Of a DNA stretch of 64,000 bases, positions 38,811-52,464 are shown one piece after another. The notes beneath the pieces are model-generated. The model was not told where the DNA came from, ran no database searches, and worked only from the letters and a program-made list of their open reading frames with translations. Source of the DNA: Macrostomum hystrix (Eukaryota; Animalia; Platyhelminthes); NCBI GenBank assembly GCA_950097015.1, contig CATNEN010000011.1, positions 930,001 through 994,000 on the forward strand, written 5' to 3'. Positions within the stretch are counted from its first letter, which is position 1. Every line of letters starts with the position of its first letter. The translations under genes and the position numbers were made by a program.

Positions 38811-39210
38811 TCCAACGATGGGGAAGTACCAAGATCGAGAATTCCAATAATGGGAAATTCCCAATGAGGGGAATTCCAACGATGAGGAAATACCAAGATC
38901 GAGAATTCCAATAATGGGAAATTCCCAATGAGGGGAATTCCAACGATGGGGAAGTACCAAGATCGAGAATTCCAATAATGAGGGATTCCCAATGAGGGGA
39001 ATTCCAACGATGGGGAAGTACCAAGATCGAGAATTCCAATAATGGGAAATTCCCAATGAGGGGAATTCCAACGATGGGGAAGTACCAAGATCAAGAATTC
39101 CAATAATGGGAAATTCCCAATGAGGGGAATTCCAACGATGGGGAAGTACCAAGATCGAGAATTCCAATAATGGGAAATTCCCAATGAGGGGAATCCTAAC
39201 GATGGGGGAA
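38811..39210. repeat. Tandem repeat, 64-bp unit, ~6 copies, rich in GAATTC and GGGAAATTCCC palindromes
   Basis: ccaacgatg recurs at 38812, 38876 and 38940. Confidence 0.93.
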
Positions 39211-39389
39211 ATTCAAAGATATTTTCGTGATTAGGATTTCCAATTATGGCGGTTTGAAAATCATTTTGATGGCGAATTAAGGAAAAAAGTCATCAATGAA
39301 TGTGATGGTTAATCCGTAGATATCAATCACGAGTATATAATACTTAATTGTAGAATTTCCAATGCGTTTATAAGTTTTTTTTAAACTCG

Positions 39390-39776
39390 TCACAATGTCT
39401 GCACCAATCGCATTACGGACTTAGCATTGGCCGCCTCATCTCGACCGTCGTCAGAGAATTCTCCGACTTCGGCGCCGATAATCTGACTCTTCACCAAGAA
39501 GCTGGACTCCTTCAGTCGCTTCTTCTGCTTCATCCGTCGATTCTGGAACCAGATCTTGACCTGGGTCTCGTTCAGAGCCAGGCTAGCCGCGATTTCAATA
39601 CGCCTGGCTCTAGTCAGGTATTTGTTGAAGTGAAATTCCTTCTCTAGCTCCGTCAGCTGCTTGTTGGTGAAGTTTGTCCGGCCGGCGGCGTTGGAATTCC
39701 GGCCGAGCATCGGGCAGGTCGGCGAGGATTCGTCCGAAATGGCGGGCAGGTTCGGTGGAGAATCGGGTAGCTGATA

Positions 39777-39825
<49 letters not shown>

Positions 39826-39841
39826 CATTTTTGCTTGCAGT
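39390..39841 (-). CDS. lab: Hox1/labial, homeobox exon (poly-Q linker plus homeodomain)
   Basis: [56 protein letters not shown] is a paralogue-group-1 homeodomain. Acceptor ttttAG at 39843-42; phase 1 gives an open frame DCKQKCQn HYQLP... continuing into the homeobox. Confidence 0.95.
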
Positions 39842-40054
39842 CTAAAATTTTTAAGATTTCAATATTAAGGATTCCCCTGAAAATGAAAATTTCACTGAAA
39901 ATAACTCTCTGGGAATCACTCTTTTAAAGTCACTCTCGAAAATTTATTCTAATAGATTAACTCCGAAAAAACCACTTTAAAAAATTTACTTTATAAAAGT
40001 CGCTTTAGAAGAATCACTCTTTTAAAGGCACAATACAATCACAATGGAAGATTC

Positions 40055-41012
40055 ACTCTTCTAAAGTCACTCAGGAAGATTCACTCTTCTAAAGGCACTC
40101 AGGAAGATTCACTCTTCTAAAGTCACTCGGGAAGATTCACTCTTTCAAAGTCACTCAGGAAGATTCACTCTTCTAAAGTCACTCAGGAAGATTCACTCTT
40201 TCAAAGTCACTCAGGAAGATTCACTCTTCTAAAGTCACTCAGGAAGATTCACTCTTCTAAAGTCACTCAGGAAGATTCACTCTTTCAAAGTCACTCAGGA
40301 AGATTCACTCTTCTAAAGTCACTCAGGAAGATTCACTCTTTCAAAGTCACTCAGGAAGATTCACTCTTCTAAAGTCACTCAGGAAGATTCACTCTTCTAA
40401 AGTCACTCCGGAAGATTCACTCTTCTAAAGTCACTCCGGAAGATTCACTCTTCTAAAGTCACTCAGGAAGATTCACTCTTCTAAAGTCACTCAGGAAGAT
40501 TCACTCTTCTAAAGTCACTCAGGAAGATTCACTCTTCTAAAGTCACTCAGGAAGATTCACTCTTCTAAAGTCACTCGGGAAGATTCATTCTTCTAAAGTC
40601 ACTCAGGAAGATTCACTCTTCTAAAGTCCCTCAGGAAGATTCACTCTTTCAAAGTCACTCAGGAAGATTCACTCTTCTAAAGTCACTCAGGAAGATTCAC
40701 TCTTCTAAAGTCACTCAGGAAGATTCACTCTTCTAAAGTCACTCAGGAAGATTCACTCTTCTAAAGTCACTCAGGAAGATTCACTCTTCTAAAGTCACTC
40801 AGGAAGATTCACTCTTCTAAAGTCACTCAGGAAGATTCACTCTTCTAAAGTCACTCAGGAAGATTCACTCTTTCAAAGTCACTCAGGAAGATTCACTCTT
40901 TCAAAGTCACTCAGGAAGATTCACTCTTCTAAAGTCACTCAGGAAGATTCACTCTTCTAAAGTCACTCAGGAAGATTCACTCTTTCAAAGTCACTCAGGA
41001 AGACTCACTCTT
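40055..41012. repeat. Intronic minisatellite, 28-bp unit (ggaagattcactcttctaaagtcactca)
   Basis: Directly visible. Confidence 0.95.
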
Positions 41013-41654
41013 TCAGTCACTCCAGAATACTCGTTGTATAAAATCCACACTAAAATATTCGCTATTTTTTAATAATTCCAGAAGATTAATCAACAGTTCA
41101 ACTAAAGCTTCACTTCCAAAATTGCATACTAATAATTGATCACTCAAAGCTTTAAATGATCCTAAAGGAATCCAATTTCTTTCTTACATTGCTTGACCCT
41201 CAACAATGAAGCATCTTGGCTTGCCATGCAAAATTAGTCTAAAAGATTTACGGCCTGCTAGATTTCTGCATGCACGAACATACATCCTGACCCCAGAAAA
41301 GCTAGACTAGTCCTTTGTTCTTTCATACATCTTCTGCTTTTAGTTTTGGGCTGGCATTTTTCACTGCCCGCTCTTTGATGTCCGCCGGCAGTGCCGTGGG
41401 CTGCGCCGTGGGGCTAAAGACTCTGGCCTGGAAGTGTAATCTGTCTTGAAGCAATTTTTGGAGCAAGAAGTTGCAACCACCGCGGGAGCCGCTGCCTCTT
41501 AGCACCTCATTAGCGCAGGTGGGAAGGGCACCAACCCCCGTACCAGAATTTTCGGGATAAATTTAGTGAAATATTTTCTCCTTTACTAACACAAAAACCT
41601 ACCGGTAGTGGTTTGAGGCCACTATTCTACTAAAGTCACAATAGAATCACGATT

Positions 41655-43068
41655 GAAGATTCACTCTTTCAAAGTCACCCTAAAAGATTCACTCTTTCAA
41701 AGTCAACCTTGAAGATTCACTCTTTCAAAGTCACCCTAAAAGATTCACTCTTTCAAAGTCACCCTTGAAGATTCACTCTTTCAAAGTCACCCTTGAAAGT
41801 TCACTCTTTCAAAGTCACACCCTTGAAGATTCACTCTTTCAAAGTCACACCCTTGAAGATTCACTCTTTCAAAGTCACACCCTTGAAGATTCACTCTTCA
41901 AAGTCACCCTAGAAGATTCAGTCTTTCAAAGTCACCCTTGAAGATTCAGTCTTTCAAAGTCACCCTTGAAGATTCAGTCTTTCAAAGTCACCCTTGAAGA
42001 TTCACTCTTTCAAAGTCACACCCTTGAAGATTCACTCTTTCAAAGTCACACCCTTGAAGATTCACTCTTTCAAAGTCACCCTTGAAGATTCACTCTTTCA
42101 AAGTCACCCTTGAAAGTTCACTCTATCAAAGTCACACCCTAGAAGATTCACTCTTTCAAAGTCACCCTTGAAAGTTCACTCTTTCAAAGTCACCCTTGAA
42201 AGTTCACTCTATCAAAGTCACACCCTAGAAGATTCACTCTTTCAAAGTCACACCCTTGAAGATTCACTCTATCAAAGTCACACCCTAGAAGATTCACTCT
42301 TTCAAAGTCACACCCTTGAAGATTCACTCTATCAAAGTCACACCCTAGAAGATTCACTCTTTTAAAGTCACACCCTTGAAGATTCACTCTTTCAAAGTCA
42401 CACCCTAGAAGATTCACTCTTTTAAAGTCAACCTTGAAGATTCACTCCTTCAAAGTTACCCTAGAAGATTCACTCTTTCAAAGTCACACCCTTGAAGATT
42501 CACTCTTTCAAAGTCACACCCTAGAAGATTCACTCTTTCAAAGTCACACCCTTGAAGATTCACTCTTTCAAAGTCACACCCTAGAAGATTCACTCTTTTA
42601 AAGTCACACTAGAAGATTCACTCTTTTAAAGTCACACCCTTGAAGATTCACTCTTTCAAAGTCACACCCTAGAAGATTCACTCTTTCAAAGTCACACCCT
42701 AGAAGATTCACTCTTTTAAAGTCACACTAGAAGATTCACTCTTTCAAAGTCACACCCTTGAAGATTCACTCTTTCAAAGTCACACCCTAGAAGATTCACT
42801 CTTTCAAAGTCACACCCTTGAAGATTCACTCTTTCAAAGTCACCCTAGAAGATTCACTCTTTCAAAGTCACCCTAGAAGATTCACTCTTTCAAAGTCACC
42901 CTAGAAGATTCACTCATTCAAAGTCACCCTAGAAGATTCACTCATTCAAAGTCACCATAGAAGATTCACTCTTTCAAAGTCACCCTAGAAGATTCACTCT
43001 TTTAAAGTCACACTAGAAGATTCACTCTTTTAAAGTCACACTAGAAGATTCAATCTTTCAAAGTCACC
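41655..43068. repeat. Intronic minisatellite, 29-31-bp unit (gaagattcactctttcaaagtcacaccct), related to the 28-bp array
   Basis: Shares the gaagattcactct..aaagtcac core. Confidence 0.95.
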
Positions 43069-43697
43069 CCTGTGTCATTGACCTCTGTCTCATTGACCCC
43101 TGTCTCATTGACCCCTGTTTCTGACTGTAGTCTCCTAGCCGACAATTCAGTCATAAAACATTTTCTAGCTCGTATTACAACAATTCTATTTGTTTGCTAC
43201 TGTCCAAGTTTAGATTTCGCACGGTCCAGAACATCGCTACATATTGTTTAGGTCTTAATTTCATTGAAGGCCAGTGACTGCTACATTCGCTACTGGTCTC
43301 ACCATCGCGCCACCGTAAATCAAGAACAGCTGCACAGTTTAGTGTTGCGTAGGTTCGTTGAATTCCTGGAAAATCTTGCGCAAGTCTTCGACGCACGACA
43401 TACGGACGACGTAATAGCACGACTGACACTAATAAATCTCTTTTTCTTGGCTAAAGCATCAGCCGCAGCAGCATTGCTTGGCGGCGCCATGAAGAAATAT
43501 TGCGTTATAAAGAAATCTTGCTTAAAAGGTTGGCTGTTTTCATCGAATTTTAAATTACACACTCGTAATTTTCTATCTTTGAAGTGGTATTGTGGCGTTT
43601 TTTAAGTTGAAAAAGACAGCTGTGGCGTGCGAATAGAAGGGTAAAGATGCGTATGTGAAAATGTAGGGAGCTGCGAAAGTGAGATAAGTGTTGCTAG

Positions 43698-44775
43698 AGT
43701 GACACAGACGGGGTAGAGTGACACAGAGAGATAGTAAAGTGACACAGACGGGGTAGAGTGACAGAGAGAAAGTAGAGTGACACAGACGGGGTAGAGTGAC
43801 AGAGAGAGATAGTAGAGTGATACAGACGGGGTAGAGTAACAGAGAGAGATAGTAGAGTGACACAGAGAAAGTAGAGTGACAGAGAGAGATAGTAAAGTGA
43901 CACAGACGGGGTAGAGTAACAGAGAGAGATAGTAGAGTGACACAGACGGGGTAGAGTGACAAAGAGAAATAGTAGAGTGACACAGACCGGGTATAGTGAC
44001 AGAAAGAAATAGTAGATTAACACAGACGGGGTAGAGTGACAGAGAGAGATAGTAGAGTGACACAGACGGGGTAGAGTGACAAAGAGAGATATTAGAGTGA
44101 CAGAGAGAAAGTAGAGTGACAGAGAGAGATAGTAAAGTGACACAGACGGGGTAGAGTAACAGAGAAAGATAGTAGAGTAACACAGACGGGGTAGAGTGAC
44201 AAAGAGAGAGAGTAGAGTGACAGAGAGAGATAGTAGAGTGACACAGACGGGGTAGAGTGACAAAGAGTGAGTTGCAGAGTGACAGAGTAAGTAGCAGAGT
44301 GACAGAGAGTGAGTAGCAGAGTGACAGAGAGTGAGTAGCAGAGTGACAGAGAGTGAGTAGCAGAGTGACAGAGAGTGAGTAGCAGAGTGACAGAGAGTGA
44401 GTAGCAGAGTGACAGAGAGTGAGTAGTAGAGTGACAGAGAGTGAGTAGTAGAGTGACAGAGAGTGAGTAGTAGAGTGACAGAGAGTGAGTAGCAGAGTGA
44501 CAGAGAGTGAGTAGCAGAGTGACAGAGAGTGAGTAGCAGAGTGACAGAGAGTGAGTAGCAGAGTGACAGAGAGTGAGTAGTAGAGTGACAGAGAGTGAGT
44601 AGCAGAGTGACAGAGAGTGAGTAGCAGAGTGACAGAGAGTGAGTAGCAGAGTGACAGAGAGTGAGTAGCAGAGTGACAGAGAGTGAGTAGCAGAGTGACA
44701 GAGAGTGAGTAGCAGAGTGACAGAGAGTGAGTAGCAGAGTGACAGAGAGTGAGTAGCAGAGTGACCGAGAGTGGA
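43698..44775. repeat. Compound GA-rich minisatellite (gtagagtgacacagacggg variants, then 22-bp gagtgagtagcagagtgacaga)
   Basis: Directly visible; the unit changes at ~44270. Confidence 0.93.
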
Positions 44776-45234
44776 GTGACAGAAGCTGTTTTACGAATTC
44801 GGCTAAAGTAAATGAAAGTTACCTATTAGCTTTAGAACGGTAGTTATGCCAACATTAAAAACGTGCTCGGAATGGAACACCATATGGCTGATCGGGAAAC
44901 TAGAGACAGTGGTTAAGCCTTGAGTTTTGATCTCTGTTTGCCAAAAACTCTTTAAAACGATCTGCTTTGTGTTGACTCGGGAGACATTTGCTGAGAATGC
45001 CGGGTTGGGTATGAGGAGAAAGTTTTTAATAATCTGATATTTATGCTTGAGACCCAATAGCTGTGCGGCAAAGTATGAACAATTTCACTGGAATAGAAAA
45101 TTGCCAAGTCATGCGCGCTGGTTCTCAAAGAGCTCAAACACCAGTTTTGGGATGTGACCTTACAATTTTTGTGCGGGAATTATTTTCCCAGTCGTTTTTG
45201 GGAAAGTAAAAGTATGTCGGGGGCAATTTATTCT

Positions 45235-45705
45235 CCTCTGATTCTCCTGATTCTCCTCTCCCACTAGCTCTTTCTTCCCCCTGATTCTCCTCTCCCACTA
45301 GCTCTTTCTTCCCCCTGATTCTCCTCTCCCACTAGCTCTTTCTTCCCCCTGATTCTCCTCTCCCACTAGCTCTTTCTTCCCCCTGATTCTCCTCTCCCAC
45401 TAGCTCTTTCTTCCCCCTAATTATCCTCTCCCACTAGCTCTTTCTTCCCCCTGATTCTCCTCTCCCACTAGCTCTTTCTTCCCCCTGATTCTCCTCTCCC
45501 ACTAGCACTTTCTTCCCCCTAATTATCCTCTCCCACTAGCTCTTTCTTCCCCCTGATTCTCCTCTTCCACTAGATCTTTCTTCCCCCCTGATTCTCCTCT
45601 CCCACTAGCTCTTTCTTCCCCCCAAATTCTCCTCTCCCACTAGCTCTTTCTTCCCCCCTGATTCTCCTCTCCATAAGCTCTTTCTTCCCCCCCGAATTCT
45701 CCTCC
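45235..45705. repeat. Pyrimidine-rich minisatellite, 34-bp unit (ctctttcttccccctgattctcctctcccactag)
   Basis: Directly visible. Confidence 0.93.
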
Positions 45706-46216
45706 TCCCAAACTGAACTGAAAGAAATAGAACAGCAGAAAATTGGACCATTTAATTTGAAAGCCCAATGCAAACAAGGCCTATATAGTCGATATTTTCC
45801 TGACTCGGTGACGGAAGCCGCAACTTGCTGACAAGCACGAAGCAGTCATTCGATTCATAAGAAAATTGGATGGGATCAAACGTTGGCAGTAGCGCCAAAT
45901 CCCATTGGTTTGGGGAAGGGCCGGGCGCTGTTAGACTGTTAGACTGATTTTGCTATATTGCCAGACCTCGATCATCTCGTCAATTCGATGAAGTTTTTGG
46001 CATGGCCGACTTTCATTCAAGGAATTAAATGGGATTTCTATATGCAGCAGATTTTTCCGTCAATCTGCACTAGAAACTGGCTGGAAGGATTAAGAAAGCG
46101 AAACGGGAAATACGACGTATAAGTGAGAATAAGCGCTCAAACTTGAAATCATAGTATAGGAGTTTTATTACATCTTTGTGTCTAAATGTTACTACTGAAA
46201 TATTTTATAGACATAA

Positions 46217-47046
46217 CGGTCAGAGAGGCAAGGGGTCAGAGAGACAGGGGTCAGAGAGACAGGGATCAAAGAGACAGGGGTTAGAGAGGCAAGGGGTCAG
46301 AGAGACAGGGATCAAAGAGACAGGGGTTAGAGAGACAGGGATCAGAGAGACAGGGATCAGAGAGACAGGGGTCAGAGAGACAGGGGTCAGAGAGACAGGG
46401 GTTAGAGAGGCAAGGGGTCAGAGAGACAGGGATCAAAGAGACAGGGGTTAGAGAGACAGGGATCAGAGAGACAGGGATCAGAGAGACAGGGATCAGAGAG
46501 ACAGGGATCAGAGAGACAGGGGTCAGAGAGACAGGGATCAAAGAGACAGGGGTTAGAGAGACAGGGATCAGAGAGACAGGGATCAGAGAGACAGGGATCA
46601 GAGAGACAGGGGTCAGAGAGACAGGGGTTAGAGAGGCAAGGGGTCAGAGAGACAGGGGTCAGAGAGACAGGGGTCAGAGAGACAGGTGTTAGAGAGACAG
46701 GGGTCAGAGAGGTCAGAGAGACAGGGATCAAAGAGACAGGGGTTTTTAAAGACAGGGATCAGAGAGACAGGGGTTAGAGAGACAGGGATCAGAGAGACAG
46801 GGGTTAGAGAGACAGGGGTCAGAGAGGTCAGAGAGACAGGGATCAAAGAGACAGGGGTTTTTAAAGACAGGGATCAGAGAGACAGGGGTTAGAGAGACAG
46901 GGATCAGAGAGACAGGGGTTAGAGAGACAGGGATCAGAGAGACAGGGGTTAGAGAGGCAGGGATCAGAGAGACAGGGGTTAGAGAGACAGGGATCAGAGA
47001 GACAGGGGTCAGAGAGACAGAGGTCAGAGAGACGGGGTCAGAGAGA
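46217..47046. repeat. GA-rich minisatellite, 15-bp unit (cagagagacaggg[a/g]t)
   Basis: Directly visible. Confidence 0.95.
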
Positions 47047-47664
47047 AAGTTAGGAGTCTAACGCTCTGAATCACTGGGCTACATCCGGCTTATTAACTCT
47101 AGTAAAATAAAATAACAGAGTGATTTTCTTATCGTCCAATACAGTTGATGAATCATTGTTATGGGACAGTGGGTAAGCAAACACAGGCCCACCGATTGCG
47201 TGTATTCTGTACAACTGGCACCCATTTATTATTGGATCATTGCCGGCAACTTGTCACGCTGATAAATACTTCACTTGACAAAAGAAGCGCCACCACAGAC
47301 CATATTCATAGAGCCAGTTGCTATGGCTGCAGTTAAGGGAATGGCTGGGCCGTGTTTTTGTAGCCACGCCGATGATGTGTATAAACAGTCTAAGAAATGT
47401 TAAAAGTCGAATGGAGAAAACTGCACGGGCCCACTTAAAATGCTGAGCGATTCGTTTCTAAAACTTTGTGGTAAAAATGGAGGGAGCATTTAAGAAGCTG
47501 CTACTCGGACACTTGCTGCGAGTCTGTAAGGGTAGATGTTACACTATTCATTTCACTTTAGGGCTCGAATGCTTATGCTGATTTTACCTGCTTTTATTCG
47601 TTTCTCCTAGCCATCTGCCACTGGTTTCCTGATCAATAATTATAATTATGAAATATTGAGCATC

Positions 47665-48600
47665 TTTCTCACTTTGCTCTCACTCTGCTCTCACTCTGCT
47701 CTCACTCTGCTCTCACTCTGCTCTCACTCTGCTCTCACTTTGCTCTCACTCTGCTCTCACTTTGCTCTCACTCTGCTCTCACTCTGCTCTCACTCTGCTC
47801 TCACTCTGCCCTCACTCTGCTCTCACTCTGCTCTCACTCTGCTCTCACTCTGCTCTCACTCTGCTCTCACTCTGCTCTCACTCTGCTCTCACTCTGCTCT
47901 CACTCTGCTCTCACTCTGCTCTCACTCTGCTCTCACTCTGCTCTCACTCTGCTTTCACTCTGCTCTCACTCTGCTCTCACTCTACTCTCACTCTGCTCTT
48001 ACTCTACTCTCACACTCTGCTCTGACTCTACTCTCACACTCTGCTCTGACTCTACTCTCTCACTCTGCTCTCACTCTGCTTTCACTCTGCTCTCACTTTG
48101 CTTTCACTTTGCTCTCACTCTGCTCTCACTCTGCTTTCACTCTGCTCTCACTCTGCTCTCACTCTGCTTTCACTCTGCTCTCACTCTGCTCTCACTTTGC
48201 TCTCACTCTGCTCTCACTCTGCTCTCACTCTGCTCTCACTCTGCTCTCACTCTGCTTTCACTCTGCTCTCACTTTGCTTTCACTTTGCTCTCACTCTGCT
48301 CTCACTCTGCTTTCACTCTACTCTCACACTCTGCTCTGACTCTACTCTCTCACTCTGCTCTCACTCTGCTTTCACTCTGCTCTCACTTTGCTTTCACTTT
48401 GCTCTCACTCTGCTCTCACTCTGCTTTCACTCTGCTCTCACTCTGCTTTCACTCTGCTCTCACTTTGCTCTCACTCTGCTCTCACTCTGCTCTCACTCTA
48501 CTCTCACTCTGCTCTTACTCTACTCTCACACTCTGCTCTGACTCTACTCTCACACTCTGCTCTGACTCTACTCTCACACTCTGCTCTCACACTGCTTTCA
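47665..48600. repeat. Minisatellite, 11-bp unit (ctctcactctg)
   Basis: Directly visible. Confidence 0.95.
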
Positions 48601-48944
48601 CTCTCCCGTATATCATTTTCTAATAAAATTGCCACTCCATAAAGTATTTATTAATAAATAAAGAATAACGAAATTATTTCTTAAAATCGTTGGCAGTTAG
48701 AGTATTGCAGTTATATGCTGAGTACGAATTTTTTCCTAGTCGATAGCTCAAATAGATCAAATTGGTCAAACAGATTCCTGATCTACTGCCGTATTTGCTT
48801 ATGCATAAACATATGAGCTCTATGGCTATAGTACTAAAGCGCATTCGATTTAGGAATCTTTAACTGCCAATGCACAAGTCATTGATTTAGGCTTTCGAAT
48901 TTATATGCTCAGCCTCACTTAGCAACTTCCTGGTTTTTTATCTC

Positions 48945-49850
48945 ACTGTCTCTCTCTTCCATCTCCCATCAACCCTCTTCTATCTCCCTTCAACCCTCTT
49001 CTATCTCCATTCAACCCTCTTCTATCTCCATTCAACCCTCTTCTATCTCCCTTCAACCCTCTTCTATCTCCCTTCAACCCTCTTCTATCTCCCTTCAACC
49101 CTCTTCTATCTCCCTTCAACCCTCTTCTATCTCCATTCAACCCTCTTCTATCTCCATTCAACCCTCTTCTATCTCCATTCAACCCTCTTCTATCTCCCTT
49201 CAACCCTCTTCTATCTCCCTTCAACCCTCTTCTATCTCCCTTCTACCCTCTTCTATCTCCCTTCAACCCTCTTCTATCTCCATTCTACCCTCTTCTATCT
49301 CCCTTCTACCCTCTCCTATCACCCTTCAAACCTCTTCTATCTCCCTTCTACCCTCTCCTATCACCCTTCAAACCTCTTCTATCTCCCTTCTACCCTCTTC
49401 TATCTCCCTTCAACCCTCTTCTATCTCCCTTCAACCCTCTTCTATCTCCCTTCAACCCTCTTCTATCTCCCTTCTACCCTCTCCTATCACCCTTCAAACC
49501 TCTTCTATCTCCCTTCTACCCTCTCCTATCTCCCTTCAAACCTCTTCTTATCACCCTTCAACCCTCTTCTATCTCCCTTCAACCCTCTTCTATCTCCATT
49601 CTACCCTCTTCTATCTCTCTTCAACCCTCTTCTATCTCCCTTCAACCCTCTTCTATCTCCCTTCAACCCTCTTCTATCTCCCTTCAACCCTCTTCTATCT
49701 CCCTTCAACCCTCTTCTATCTCCATTCTACCCTCTCCTATCACCCTTCAAACCTCTTCTTATCAACCTTCTACCCTCTTCTATCTCCCTCATTCCTCTTC
49801 TATCTCCTTCAACCCTCCCCTATCTCCCTCATTCCTCTTCTATCTCCTTC
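48945..49850. repeat. Pyrimidine-rich minisatellite, 21-bp unit (caaccctcttctatctccctt)
   Basis: Directly visible. Confidence 0.95.
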
Positions 49851-49901
49851 TTCTACCTTCGCTTTTGTAGATTTATACGTAAATCAATTGCTTTTTAGTA
49901 C

Positions 49902-50280
49902 CTTTTAACACCCTCGGTGGATGCCGTTTAATCTCCATCCATTTGAAAGGAGCAGCAGCTGAAGACACACCGACTGAGCTGCTGTCATTGCTGCTGCACC
50001 GTCCATTCGGACTGGACTGCTCGTAAGGTAACACACAGCCGGGCGCAGCTGCCGATGATGATGGTGACATCACCTCGATCCCGGCTGCTGTTGCTGAATA
50101 TGGCGAAGCTTGTGTCTGAATCAGCTCAGTCGAGACCTTGCAGCATTGACCCTGGTAGAGATTGGGCGACTGCTGCTGCTGCTGCTGATACTGCTGCTGA
50201 TACTGATGCGAGCACTGCCTCATACTTTGATAGGCCGTTAGTTCATTGTAAACTGATGCGCTTAGATATTCTCGTGACAT
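49902..50280 (-). CDS. lab: Hox1/labial, exon 1 with hexapeptide (PFKWMEIKR)
   Basis: ATG at 50280, Q/Y/S-rich N-terminus, and an FKWM..KR hexapeptide typical of labial. Donor AAAG|GTACT at 49901 (phase 1) joins in frame to exon 2. Confidence 0.85.
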
Positions 50281-50515
50281 AGTAACTAAATTATAGTTGA
50301 AGATATTTTAATTATTAAATAAAGTTCACTGAAATGACGGTGGCCAAACTCCAGGTTAAGTTTAGGGAGTTCCCCATTTTTCAAATAAAGGAGTTTCACC
50401 TCAACGAGACGAGCTAGGATTGGCCAAAATCTTCTATCCCAAAGTATGTGGCGGCAAACTTCGGACCAATGGCACGGGAGCCTGCAGTTGCTGGCCTGGC
50501 AGTTCAGACTGGGGA

Positions 50516-50822
<307 letters not shown>

Positions 50823-51489
50823 ATCTGTAGACAGGCTGTACATCTATCTAAAAGTAGGAATACTTTGAGGATGCTGGCGATATTTTGGCCTGTATCCGCG
50901 TGTGGTTTGGCGCCACCAAGGGGTAGGGTGGGGTTCTGGTGACCATGGCTTGTCACTTATACCCTCCCAGAGAATAAAGAAAGAGCATTCATCAGTTCCA
51001 AATATCAAAAAGCCCGCGGCAATGCACGCGCGGCAGACATCAAAAGACAGTCTATAGACGCCAGCCAACCAAACGCGTCTCAATACTCTACGCTGCAGAG
51101 GCTCTCCCGTCACTTGTCAAGCTTTGGCGGCAAACGGCCTTAATATATGACTCTAGTTGGTCTGGAATAATCAACAAATAAGGCCATGTCAGCGATTTTA
51201 TTTAGTCACCGTCATATGGCATTGTTGTATAGGTTATAAGCGTCGGCTAGTTGATTACAAAGGCCTGTCAGCGTATCATTTTTTTCTATTTGTGGCATAG
51301 GTGGATGATAGTCAATAAAACTGCTATGATGATATATTTATCCCACATCTTCATCGTTATTCATTTATACCTAAGTATAAATGTGTGGTGCCTTTGAAAA
51401 CAATTATTGCTCATTAATATACAGAAACTTAATAATTTCAGACTATTGTCTGTAACTAATCATCCAGAATTATAGTTTTTTTCGTTTGG

Positions 51490-51740
51490 CTAGTAGCGGC
51501 CATTGGTTAGAGCCTCTAACTTCTGACCGAGGACGTCTGAAGTTCGATTCTCAGCCTAAGGGAAATGATTTGTTTACTTAGTTGAGAGAGTAAATTCGTA
51601 ATGCTTTTATTCACTTAGCTGTAAAATTGGTATCAGCATCTTCTGTGGTATTAATTAGAGTGTCTGTAGCGGCACACCCAGTCCATGGACTGAACAGCCT
51701 GTACACTGACTGTACATCTGACCCAACTGGACTAGTTGTC
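51490..51740 (+). mobile_element. Diverged tRNA-SINE copy (related subfamily)
   Basis: tagcggccattgg A-box-like, gttcgattctc B-box, cttagctgtaaaattggtatcagcatc, and cccagtccatggactgaacagc. Confidence 0.7.
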
Positions 51741-52464
51741 ATTTCCTGCAGTCGATCTAGCCTAGTCGATTACTTTTAAATAGAAATACAATTTTCATTT
51801 TCCGTTTTTTTCTCACAAATAATTTTCAACTGCTCTATTTTCTACTTTTCATAGTAGTGTAGTGCAGACAATATATATACGTTTTTTCTTATCCTTAATT
51901 AAAAGACCACAATTAAAAATACTATAAAAGCAAGAAAAAAACTAATATCTAGGACTTTTTAGCTTGGAAGCAATCGAGGCATAGGAAAACTGTGTGGAAG
52001 CAGCAGATGAATTAACAAAACACTTTTCACTTGAATGCAATTAAGTGACACTCAAGCTAACACTGCAGTGTCAGTACACAGTCAGTGGGCATGTATAGGA
52101 GGTGTACATTTATTTATTCAGCCGAATACCAAGCAAGAGCAAAGTTCTAATTAGTTATACAGTAGGTCTCACCATACTATATCTTTCAGTTAATTTGAGT
52201 TTGTACGAGTAGAATCTGCAGCTTCAGCAAACGAAACCATCCAAAGAGTATTTCCTGCTTAAAAATAAAGCATAAAAGCAAGGCTGAACTTCTTACTGCC
52301 TTATAGCCGGCATGGCCTACAGTTCCTGCACTGTCGTTATCTATTGTAATGGTGAGCAATTTCATTGCATTGACAAATAGTTGAGACAGGCTCACAAATC
52401 ATTTAGGAAAAGTGCCCTTATCTGCAAGACAATAAAAATGAAATCTATAAAAGGTAAAACAGTT

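Noticed and set aside
42168-49224. Repeat-derived ORFs in the labial intron (LCHSTPSV, ETGVR, LSLCSHSALT, GDRRGL)
   Set aside because: All coincide exactly with minisatellite arrays.
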